Origin: Anthoceros angustus | Lineage: Eukaryota > Plantae > Anthocerotophyta | Assembly (NCBI GenBank): GCA_010909165.1 | Contig: MU008168.1 | Span: 1,426,001-1,490,000 of the forward strand | Reading direction: 5' to 3' | Length of the DNA: 64,000 bases | Notes under the pieces: model-generated | Told to the model about the DNA's origin: nothing | The model's database searches: none | What the model saw: the letters and a program-made list of their open reading frames with translations, nothing else | Shown: piece by piece, positions 31,863 to 42,413 of the stretch | Position numbering within the stretch: the first letter of the stretch is position 1 | How the letters are laid out: every line of letters starts with the position of its first letter | Position numbers and translations under genes: made by a program

Positions 31863-34800
31863 ATGGCCGCTCATGTGAACACAGCGGCCTCCTGCATTCT
31901 ACCTCCGGTCATGTCTCCGTCCGACTGTCTCGCCAAGCATGGCGCAGCACAAGGGCTCCGTCTCAGCGTTGCACCTAGCGCCCCTGCGGCATCCGCACGC
32001 CTCCTCAAGGTGAAAGAGCTTGGGATGGTGGCCATGTCGATTCCTGCCCAGCTGGGCGACGTGCATCCTGGAAGCTCACCTGACGGCTCACTCTGACACG
32101 TCCCTGAAACGTTGCAGAGAGGGGTGGCAACCGTGAGGTGCCAGGCAGCGGATGCGAACAAGGGATCTGCGGTCCTGGACGCCCCGGCGCCCCCACTGCA
32201 GCCAGCAGCTCCGGATCCGGGCTCCTCTTCTGAGGAAAGATTCAGATCTAACTACGTCAAGAAAGACAAGGTGAGCTCATGATCAGCTAGCTATGTACCG
32301 AGCAGTCGTCAAAATATGATCCCTTCACCTATTGAAATTTTACCCTGCAATCCATGCAAATGTGTCTGGGCGGCGCAGGATGCCAAGTTGAGTCCGCTGG
32401 ACTTGCTGGGTCTGGCCATCGGTGGCGTCAGGGAGAGGCTTATTTCTGAGGTTTTCGGCTTGTTCTACAAAGCCATGGATCGTCCTGTGAACGGATTCTT
32501 CGCTGTGAGTTCTTTCCACACAGCTTGCTTGAAGCGCAAGTCTCGTTTCCCACTCCAAATGCAGTGATAAATGCGAAAAATTGAAATCTTGTCATGAATC
32601 TGCTGGCCTGCAGGGAAATTTCAAACCTGTCGACGAGATCGACAAGAAAACACCTGTCGAAGTGGTGGCAGGGGCTGTGCCCAAGGACTTCCCTGCTGGA
32701 GTTTACATCAGGAATGGTCGGAACGTTGATATAGACAATTGATCGCACTCCAGCTAGCCATTGCTGTCTGCCAATATTCGCGACGAATTTAGTCATGTTG
32801 TCGAGATTGAACGTGATTCGTCAACATTTGTTGCCGGGCTGAATGCAGGCCCAAATCCCTTGCACGGTGGCAAGTTCCATGTTGGCCCCTTCGGCTTTGT
32901 TGGGTATCACATGTTCGAGGGCGACGGGATGCTTCACGGCACCTACTTCAAAGATGGAGAAGATGTGCCCACTTTCCTCAACAGATACATCGGCACCATG
33001 GGCTACGAGGTCGAGAAGGAGAGGGGGAAACCGGTTTGGGCAAACACTCTTCATGGAGATTCTAAAGCCGTCTCCTTCAACTATTTCATCAACTCGGTAC
33101 ACCACTGCACGTTATAAACTTGTTCAGATGCCCATGCCTGTGCACGTAGTTTCTGTCTCAAATTGCCAGCAGCTTGTAGTTCAGTCAAATGACTGTTCAC
33201 AACCTTGTGTGAGCTGTTATGACAGTTGCGCTTCGGGAAGATCAACAAGCCCACATGCAACACTCATACATTCACGCACGCTGGAAAGTATTACGCCACA
33301 GCAGAGGGGGATGTTCCTCATGAGATTGATCTCTCCACCCTCACCACCATTAGGGAATACGGAAACTTCGATGGTGCTTGGAATAGGCCTGTCAACTCGC
33401 ATCCCACAGTAAGTCTAATCCATCTTGATCAAGGGCATACGGTGTGTACAATACCTTGACCCAGGATTAGTCGCCTTCGAAGCTCATCATAAATCTCGCT
33501 TGCTGTCGTGGACGTTTGGCAGGAAGACCCCCTTACAGGAGAGTTGGTAATCTTCAGTTTTGCTGCAGCACCGCCATACTATATGGTTGGCGTAGTCTCA
33601 GGTAGGGGAAACACCAACCTGTAGCTGGGTGGCCCCAAGCATCCGTAATTCATCTGATGGTCGTCACAACTGGTACTGAACACTTGTGACCTAAAATATT
33701 GGGCTTCCTTGCAATTGCAGCGGATGGCGAGAGACTAGTCCACACTGGCGACGTTGGTTTCAACTATTGCATTTTCAGCCATGAGCTTCTCATCACCCTA
33801 AGGTAAGACCTATGTCTTTATCTCTTTTTCCTGAGGACAAGCGATCCAAGATCTGAGAAACTTACGGATCCCTGTTTCTGTGTGCCATGGCCATTGTAGG
33901 TACAACATTGTCCTGGACTTTCCACTCACTGTAAGCGTTGACCGGCTGATGACTGGAGGACAGTGAGTCTCCCCCCCACCAAACGCTGCATAGTGGGTGA
34001 TTGACGAATCCAACTGCTGAGCAGCAGTCAAATGATCATATGTGATTCCAACTCTTGGTTGTTGTTGCCAGCTTGCTAAAATGGGAAGGAGACAGACACT
34101 CCCGACTGGGCATCTTCCCTCGTTATGGTGACAAGGAAACAGCAAAATGGTTCCCTGTCGAGACCTGTTATGGCTTTCACATGATCAACCAGTACGAGGA
34201 GGGTGATGAAGTATGTGATATCTATCTGACATCATATCTGGTGCAAAGCTGGCATACATTGCTTGGAACCAAGTTGCCAACCACTTCGCTATGCAGGTGG
34301 TCATCCATGGAGTCCGGACAAAAGCTCCTCTCCTCCCATGTCCGGAAGGTATGACCGAGAATGACTGGTTCACACGCGGAATACAGCCCGTCACAGCTGA
34401 AGATGCTATAGATCCTGAGGTGGATGGCGTACTCTTCAGCAGAGTACATGAGTGGCGCTGCAACATGGTCACAGGTGAGATGCAGGAACGGGCCTTGTCA
34501 GACATGTCGTGGACCGGAGAATACCCGACCATCAACCGAAGCTGGGTGGCTATCAAGAACCGATACGCCTACATGGCTGTGACGGACATTAAGGCGGCCT
34601 CTGACGCTGGTACTCCTCCGCAGTCCTCAAACCCACAAGCCTTTCAAACCCACATTGCATCTTCGGAAATGACAGCCTCTTCCACATGTTGCAGGGGCAC
34701 CGAAGTTCAACAGGCTTGGGAAGCTCACCCTTCCCTCCTCCAGGACCGAGGTACTCCTGCACCACCATCTCATTCCATGACCTAAGGCAACATGTAGAAG

Positions 34801-35291
34801 ATGCTAGGACCAAGCGCCCTTCCATCCATCATCATGGTTTGTTCAACACTCTCACTGAGATCCTTAACCTTTGCTTGCATGCCCTGAAGGAATTAAAGCA
34901 CGAGTTCCATGTGCTGGAGCGTCATTGCTTTGCTTCGGAGCCCTTCTTCGTGGAACGACCAGATGCCAAGGCCGAGGACGATGGCTGGGTCCTGGCTTAT
35001 GTGCACAACGAAGCTACCAACATCTCCTACGTAAGCGCGCTCAAGTTTCTTCTGTTGCTGTTTTCCCTTTTTTGTGCTCTCATCTGTGTGAAATTGGACC
35101 CCGATTTGAATTGAATGCGGTTGCGGCAGTTGTACATTGTGGACGCCCAAAACTTCAGCGACAGTCCGGTAGCCAAGCTTCAGCTCCCCAACCGTGTCCC
35201 CTATGGCTACCACGGCAACTTCTTCTACGAGAAAGAGCCACCACACCAACTCAAGCGCAAGACGTTGCCGACCCCAACTGCCCAGAATTAA
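31863..35291 (+). CDS. Carotenoid cleavage dioxygenase family protein (CCD1/CCD-like type), multi-exon, with a probable transit peptide
   Basis: GNFKPV, GVYIRNG-PNPLHGG, FEGDGMLH, DPLTGEL, EYPTIN, SEPFFV, EDDGWVLAYVHNE and RVPYGYHG. Four Fe-ligand His candidates are present (NSHP, FSHE, GFHM, GYHG). An alternative ATG lies at 31830. Confidence 0.9.
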
Positions 35292-35723
35292 GCCTTTGAT
35301 GCTTCTCGTCTGTGCCCGTTGTGGAACTTCCTTGCAAACTACGTTTGGAGCTTGTTTCCTGTTCAGTTGCACAAGATTGGTACCTTGGCTTTGTAAATAT
35401 ACAACCCTCATGATCCTGTGAGTGACGAAGCGTGTGATGCGCACTGTTGAAAGCTTTGATGCTTTCAGAAGTGATCAGCTGTTTTCCTTGTTGGATACAA
35501 CTGCAATTGTAGACTGGCTTCCGATCCATATCGGATGAATTCATTATCAATGAAAGGCTCATTGCACCTACAACACTCTAGCTGATCTTTCGGGGATGGT
35601 AGTCGAAAAATAATACAGTGTCTGCCTGTCGCAAAACCAGCTCAAAGCCAAAAGGCTATTCCTGCAGCTTACGTTTTGCACCAAGCAGACATGTGCGTAG
35701 AAGCAAGTCTCAGACTTCGTCTG

Positions 35724-37684
35724 TCAGTGTTGCGCACTCAGCAAGTTCTGACACTGGCTCAAATCCACGTTGCAAATTGTGATGTGTATGTTCACCGAGG
35801 GCGTCTTCCTGTAACTATACTCGACAGGGTCTGCCTCCCAAGTCTGCATCTTCTGGGACCACAGGAAATCTGTAGCACTGTCCTTGGTAGAACATGGGAT
35901 CTGAGTACTGCGACTAGGAAGTGGATCGCGCTCCTGCTGCTGGGGCAGATCTGCAGGCTCCTGTTCTTCATCCTCGTCCTGGCTGTGGCCGTCGTCGTCG
36001 GGCAGATCAAATGTCACCGTCTTATATTTGTGGGACAAGGACAATCTGCTAGTCCGGCAGCCTCTCAGCACACTCTTCGGCTTGGCTGGTGCGACTGCGG
36101 GTTTCTCCCCTTCCAAAACTCTGAGAACAGCTGGTAGATGCAGCATCCTGGCGATGTCGAGCGCAGAAGCTCCCCTCTTCGTCACAGCCTGCTGATCAGC
36201 TCCTCTGCTGACAAGCAAGCGGACAGCGTCCGTCTGCCTCGCTTCCACCGCGCAGTGCAGCGGAGTGTGGCCTTCGTCATCCCTAAGCTCCAGATCTGCT
36301 CCCCAGTCCACTAGAAACTCAGCCAGCGCAACATGGCCCTTGAACGCAGCCCTGTGAAGTGCGCCCCAGCCTCTCCCGTCTTGCCCGTCGATGCTCGCCC
36401 CTCTCTCTAAGCTACGACGAACATCTCCAACATCTCCCCGCCTCGCTGCGTCTCGCAGCTTCTCCCCTAGCTCAAGAAGCTCCAGCAGCTTCACATGCCC
36501 TGCATCCGCTGCCACGTCCGCTGCTGTCATCCCCCGCCGGTCCTGGATCCGGGTGCTGGCCCCGTGCCTCACCAGCAGCTTCACCATCGCCTTGTCATTC
36601 CTCGCCGCTGCCAGATGCAGAGCCGTCTGCCCGCTCCCGGGAATGGCAGCATCCGAGAACGCTCCATTCTCCAGCAGCACTTTCAAGCTCTTCCTCAGCC
36701 CTTCCTCCACCGCAATGTGCACCGCGGTTCTGCCATCTCCGACAGCAGCATCCGCGTTCGCACCTCGATCTAGCAGGATGCGGACCACGTCAAGATGGCC
36801 CCCCACCAGTGCCAGATGCAACGCTGTCTGCCCCCTGGCATCTGCCGCACCGGGATCGGCTCCTTTCGACAGCAGAATCTCCACCATCAGGGGTTCCCCT
36901 GCCAGGGCTGCATCTTGCAAAGGAGTGCGCCCCTCCCGACTCTTCTTCTCAAGGTTCGGTGCGTACTCCAGCAGAAGCTGCACCAGCTCCGGTCTGCCAC
37001 TTGCAACAGCTGCAACATGCACAAATGACTTGGTGAGCCGTATGATTGGCAAGGAATCCGATAGAATTGCAACAGAACGTACATGTCCTTCTGCCTGTCA
37101 GCTGCAGCACGGCTTTCTCCAAACTACTGAATCCAATCAAGAACGACATGGTTCACGATCCCGGAGCACTCACCGACATGCATTGCTGTGCGCTCGAGCT
37201 CGTCCACCCCGTCCACATCCACATCCCTTTCCAGCACAGCTCTGATGTCTTCCATGTCAGACGTTGGTCTCGCCAGCAGCAGCCTCAAAATCCCCGAACC
37301 AACCACCAGGGCCTTCAGCCTGGCGTCCGCAAACACGACTTTGTTCTTGCAATTGAACCATTCCGATGGAGGAATCCGAGGGCCTTCTCTTGCATTTCCT
37401 GGCACAACCACGCTCTTCACCACGAACTTGTCCTTGGTGAAGGGGAAGTGCTCCGGGTACTCGGCCGTAGCCTGCATCACCACCTCCAAATCCGCAGTTC
37501 CAAGGGGCCGAATCACTCCAGTAGGAGGCTTCACGATGTATTTGGTGGGAGCCGTGGTCTGCACCTTGAATGCCACAGACATTGTGTGCATCACATTGCG
37601 GATATGCAACACGCCCGTACATATGCTTCCGAGCTCGAAATGCATCACCAGCTCCTTCGGCTCCACCACCAGCAGCCGATCCAT
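35724..37684 (-). CDS. VPY: VAPYRIN (N-terminal MSP/VAP domain plus ankyrin repeats), 2 exons
   Basis: MDRLL...RNVMHTMSVAFKVQ...YIVKPPTGVIRPL...FPFTKDKFVVKSVVVPG...PSEWF...VFADARLKALVVGS matches the VAPYRIN N-terminus. Many ankyrin motifs follow (GRTPLQDAA, GQTALHLA, GHTPLHCAV). The intron lies at ~37011-37172. A VAPYRIN-like paralogue is not excluded. Confidence 0.85.
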
Positions 37685-38576
37685 GATCCAGCCCTGCGTT
37701 GCTGCAAACAGGCAGCCTACTGTTTCTGCCTCGAACAATCGGCTCTGGAAGCTAGATACGGACTAGAATTCGTGAAGCTTCCGCATGGAAATCCATTGAA
37801 ATCGTCATGGATCTGCTGGAAAGAAAGGGCAAGGAGTTCACGGAGACGGCTACAAACTACAGGAGAGGTGCTCTGCAGCAATGTAACAGTTGCTCGCGTG
37901 GTGGAATCGACGTCCTCTACAATCCTTCAGTACTCCTCCACACTCCCACACAGCTACAGACACACAAGCAAACAACGTGGGTTCTAAGTCTGGGTGGTCC
38001 CTTTCCCGCTGGCAATTGTTGAGGCTCCGCTTGGATGATGCTCGATCAATACAATGAGCTCACTGTTCCCACTGTGTGTCCAGAGCCGAAACTTCTGGAC
38101 ATAAGTCTCATTTGGGCCTCTGCAGGCGGAGGCTCCTAAAGGCGAGCCGGCTGCCCCCGTTTGCTTCCACATGGCTTTCCTCTTCCTCCATGAAACATGC
38201 CTGACACGCCACGTGGATTGAGCTGCTCCTACAGACGCTGTAAAGTATTCTTCCTTCCATCGCGATTCCTTTCGTTCACATTGGAATCAAACTGCACTGT
38301 TCAAGTGCCTGCATGTACAGTATCGTATCTTGGTCCCTTGGTCACCATCACTTCATCACTCCTGATCTGGTGCAGGGGCAGAGAAGTCTTTTATCAGGCT
38401 ACTGTAGTGGGCACTACGCAGCATCTCCATGGTAAAGGGAGTCTAAACTGGGCGTGAAACACGCGTCTACTTTAGCGATGTTCAAGCGTGGTGCCCGGGG
38501 ATGAAGTCTGTTAATCACTTGTCCAAATCGTTTCTGACAGTCTCAAGCCATTTCAGTAAATGCTTGTGCGTCATGG

Positions 38577-41500
38577 ATGTGCATCGGCGACTGGTGGGTG
38601 CGTTTTCCATCCTGCCCTTCTGTTCTCCTGTGGGTCATCATGGGTGTCTGGATGGTTGCAATTGAGAATCAAGTCTTCGGAAACAACGAAGTTGTCAGTT
38701 GCACAAGAGTTGCAAAAAATCCTTTCCGTGCACGGAGATACGTTCCTGGAGACGGACATTTCTGTCGGGAACATGGCTTGCTGCTTTCGAGCCCGCAATG
38801 TGTTCGAGACCACACAATTTGGTGGGAATGCTGGCGAAGGAGGAGGTCCAAGCGTTGGCCTGACTTCAGGATCTCCCATGGGGTCCTTCGGCTACACGAT
38901 TCATACATGTCAGCTTGGATGGATGCGGAGCTTGCTGTTCTGGATATGGGTATTGGGAGGGATTGTCGAGCCACCAAATCCAGCTGGAGCTTGACGGGTG
39001 ATCTGTGGGAGAAGGCTGCAACAGCTGAAACCGTGAGCAAGCTATGTGATCAGGGCCATCTGGCCGAGGCTGTTGAGGGTTTGGGGGTTCTGGTGGAGAC
39101 GGACTGTTGTATTTCCAAGTCTGTCTTCTATTCTGTACTGAAGATTTGTATGGGCAAGAGGGATCTTGTTTTGGGTCGCCGCGTGCATGCTTTCACGGTA
39201 AAAAAGGGGTACCAGTCGGACACGTTCCTGTGCAACCACATCCTGCGAATGTACGCTGCTCATGGCAGGTTACAAGACGCGATGGATGTGTTCACTGTGG
39301 TTGCCCAACCAGATGCCTTCATGTGGAGTTCCCTAATTTCTGCGTATTGTAAACACGGGGAAGATAGGGAGGCCATACGACTGTACCATAAGTTGCGCAG
39401 GTCAAGCGTGAAGCCAGATGGTCATACGTTTGTAGCAGCCCTTCAGGCTTGTGCAAGGGGATCAGACTTGAAAACAGGGAAGGAGGTGCATGCAGATGTA
39501 TTGGCCAGTGGGCTTGAGCCTCACTTGTTTGTCTGGAATGGCTTGGTGGACATGTATGCAAAGTGTGGGAGTTTAGAGGATGCACGAATGGTATTTGATG
39601 GAGTTGGTAGCAAAGATGTGGTGACATGGAACGCCATGATAGGAGGGTATTGCCAGCAGGGCATGGGCCATGAAGCCCTTCGTCTCTACAGCACAATGCA
39701 AAACGAAGGCAATGTTGCACCCGACTCCGTGACATTTGTGTGCCTGCTGCAGGCATGTGCAGGTGTCGGCACACGAGCTCTGGAGAAAGGGAAGCACCTT
39801 CATGCGCAAATTAGAGAGCGAGGACATGAAGATGATGTGTTTGTAGCCAACAGTTTGGTCAACATGTATGCCAAGTGTGGCAGCCTAGATGATGCTCAGA
39901 GAGTTTTTGAAGGACTTAGTAAAAAGGATGAGGTCACATGGACTGCTCTCATTGCAGGATATTCCCAGCAGGGCATGGGCCAGGAAGCTCTTCGGCACTA
40001 CAGTGCTATGCAAGAAGAAGGCAGGGCTGTTCCCAATTCTGTGACATATGTGTGCCTCCTGCAAGCATGTGCAAGTGTGGGCACTCCAGCGTTGGAGACA
40101 GGGAAGCAGCTTCATACACAAATTAGAGAAGGAGGATACCAAGCTGACGCGTTTGTAGCTAGCAGTTTATTGCACATGTATGCACAGTGTGGCAGCTTGG
40201 AAGATGCTCAAGGAATATTTGACGGGCTCGTTCAGAAAGATGTGGTGTCGTGGAATTGCATGATAGGACAGTATTCCCTGCACGGTATGGGACAGGAGGC
40301 TCTTCATCTGTACAGTGCTATGCAAGATGACGGCTTGGCTGTACCCAACTCCGTCACATTTTTGTGCCTTCTGCAGGCATGTGCGAGTGTGGGCACCCCA
40401 GCTTTGGAGAAGGGGAAGCAGCTTCACACACAAATTATAGAACAAGGACACCAAGAAGATGTTTATATAGCCACCAGTTTGGTGAACATGTATGCAAAGT
40501 GTGGCAGCTTGGTAGACGCCCGGAGAGTGTTCGACAGACTTGTGCAAAAGGATGTGGTGACGTGGAATGCCATGATAGCAGGGTACTCCCAGCGGGGCAT
40601 GGGCCAAGAAGCCCTTCGCCTCTTCAAGGGTATGCAAGAAGAGGGCATTGCATTATCCGATTCGGTAACAATTCTGTGCCTCCTGCAGGCATGTGCAAGT
40701 GTAGGTAGGCCGGCATTGGAGATGGGCGCGCAGCTTCATACACAAATTAGTGAACAAGGACACCAAGCTGATGTGTTCGTAGCCAGCAGTTTGGTCACCA
40801 TGTATGCAAAGTGTGGCAGCTTGGAAGACGCTCATAGCTTGTTTGATGGACTCGTTCAAAAAGATGTGGTGACCTGGAATGCAATGATAGCAGGGTATTC
40901 TCAGCAGGGTCTGGGGCAGGAAGCCCTTCGTCTCTACAGGGCTATGGAAGAGGAAGGCATGGCTGTCCCCAACTCTGTTACATTTCTGTGCCTCCTCCAG
41001 GCATGTGCAAGTGTGGGCCCTACTGCATTGGAGATGGGAAAGCAGCTCCATACACAAATTAGAGAAGGAGGACACCAAGACGACGTCATTGTAGCCAACA
41101 ATTTGGTAAACATGTATGCCAAGTGTGGCAGCTTGAAAGACGCCCAGAGAGTGTTTGACGGACTTGGTCAGAAAGATGTGGTAACCTGGACTTCCATGAT
41201 AGCCGGGTTTTCCCAGCAGGGCATGGGCCAGGAAGCCCTTCATCTCTACGATTCCATGCAAGAAGGGGGTATGGCCGTACCGAATTCTGTTACATTTGTG
41301 TGTCTCCTCCATGCTTGTGCCAGTGTGGGGACCCCAGCTCTACACAGAGGGAGGCAACTTCATGAGCAAATAATTGAACAAGGACATCAAGCAGATATAT
41401 TTGTAGCCAACAGTTTGGTCAACATGTATGCAAAGTGTGGGAGCATGGAGAAGGCTGCGAGAGTGTTTGATGGACTCGGCCAAAAAGATGTGGTCACGTG

Positions 41501-42413
41501 GACGGCTCTAATTGCAGGGTATTCCCACCAGGGCATGGCCCAGGAAGCCCTTTCTGTCTACTGTGCTATGCAAGATGAAGGCATTGCTGTACCAGATTCC
41601 TTGACATTTGTGTGCCTCCTCGGGGCTTGTGCAAACGTGGGTGCTCTGCATCTGGGAAGGCAGCTACATGCACAGATTGAGGAACAAGGACTTCAGTCTA
41701 ATGTGTTTGTGGCCTGCAGTTTGATCGACATGTATGGACATTCTGGGAGCATGGTTGATGCACAGCAAATCTTTGAGGAATTGCCGGAACGAACCATTGT
41801 TGCCTGGAATGCACTGATTGCTGGATATAGCCGCCAAGGAGACAGTCAAGAGGTCTTCCACCTGACTTTCAGGATGAAAGAGGATGGAATACAGCCAGAT
41901 GCCATCACTTCCCTTTGTGTACTAACGGTGTGTAGTCATAGAGGTCTAGTAAGCAAAGGGCAGGAGTACTTTGACGCTATGGGCAGAGACTATGGCATCG
42001 TCCCCACTGTCGAGCACTATGCATGCATGGTGGACCTCCTGGGCCGTGCAGGCCAACTGGATGAGGCCGTGGCTTTGGTAAGTACGATGCCTGTGCGGCC
42101 TGAGGCTGCAGTCTGGCGCACTTTGTTAGGTGCTTGTCAGAAGTGGAGCAACGTCGAGGTGGGACGCTGTGCTTTTGACCAAGCAGTGAAGGTAGACGAG
42201 ACAGATGCCGCAGCGTATGTGTTGATGTTGAACATATACGCAAGTGCTCAAATGTGGGAGCAAGCACAGAAGATGCAGGCGAGCAAGACAACCATCAGGG
42301 CATGGAAGCAGCCGGGTCAGAGCTGGTGGACAGACATGGACGGCCAAGTGCACAGTTTTCTGGTGGGCGGTACGAAGCATGCATTGAGTGAAGTCAGTGT
42401 GAGTCGGTCTTGA
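38577..42413 (+). CDS. PLS-class PPR protein (1278 aa), E domains with a WW-type box, no deaminase domain
   Basis: Single ORF with regular P-L-S triplets, ending HYACMVDLLGRAG...KQPGQSWWTDMDGQVHSF. The true start may be a downstream Met. Confidence 0.93.
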   Translation: MCIGDWWVRFPSCPSVLLWVIMGVWMVAIENQVFGNNEVVSCTRVAKNPFRARRYVPGDGHFCREHGLLLSSPQCVRDHTIWWECWRRRRSKRWPDFRISHGVLRLHDSYMSAWMDAELAVLDMGIGRDCRATKSSWSLTGDLWEKAATAETVSKLCDQGHLAEAVEGLGVLVETDCCISKSVFYSVLKICMGKRDLVLGRRVHAFTVKKGYQSDTFLCNHILRMYAAHGRLQDAMDVFTVVAQPDAFMWSSLISAYCKHGEDREAIRLYHKLRRSSVKPDGHTFVAALQACARGSDLKTGKEVHADVLASGLEPHLFVWNGLVDMYAKCGSLEDARMVFDGVGSKDVVTWNAMIGGYCQQGMGHEALRLYSTMQNEGNVAPDSVTFVCLLQACAGVGTRALEKGKHLHAQIRERGHEDDVFVANSLVNMYAKCGSLDDAQRVFEGLSKKDEVTWTALIAGYSQQGMGQEALRHYSAMQEEGRAVPNSVTYVCLLQACASVGTPALETGKQLHTQIREGGYQADAFVASSLLHMYAQCGSLEDAQGIFDGLVQKDVVSWNCMIGQYSLHGMGQEALHLYSAMQDDGLAVPNSVTFLCLLQACASVGTPALEKGKQLHTQIIEQGHQEDVYIATSLVNMYAKCGSLVDARRVFDRLVQKDVVTWNAMIAGYSQRGMGQEALRLFKGMQEEGIALSDSVTILCLLQACASVGRPALEMGAQLHTQISEQGHQADVFVASSLVTMYAKCGSLEDAHSLFDGLVQKDVVTWNAMIAGYSQQGLGQEALRLYRAMEEEGMAVPNSVTFLCLLQACASVGPTALEMGKQLHTQIREGGHQDDVIVANNLVNMYAKCGSLKDAQRVFDGLGQKDVVTWTSMIAGFSQQGMGQEALHLYDSMQEGGMAVPNSVTFVCLLHACASVGTPALHRGRQLHEQIIEQGHQADIFVANSLVNMYAKCGSMEKAARVFDGLGQKDVVTWTALIAGYSHQGMAQEALSVYCAMQDEGIAVPDSLTFVCLLGACANVGALHLGRQLHAQIEEQGLQSNVFVACSLIDMYGHSGSMVDAQQIFEELPERTIVAWNALIAGYSRQGDSQEVFHLTFRMKEDGIQPDAITSLCVLTVCSHRGLVSKGQEYFDAMGRDYGIVPTVEHYACMVDLLGRAGQLDEAVALVSTMPVRPEAAVWRTLLGACQKWSNVEVGRCAFDQAVKVDETDAAAYVLMLNIYASAQMWEQAQKMQASKTTIRAWKQPGQSWWTDMDGQVHSFLVGGTKHALSEVSVSRS

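Noticed and set aside
36359-37987. Long ORFs antisense to VAPYRIN (similarly 53811-54735 and 60175-61206)
   Set aside because: Shadow ORFs expected from GC-rich codon usage of the real genes.
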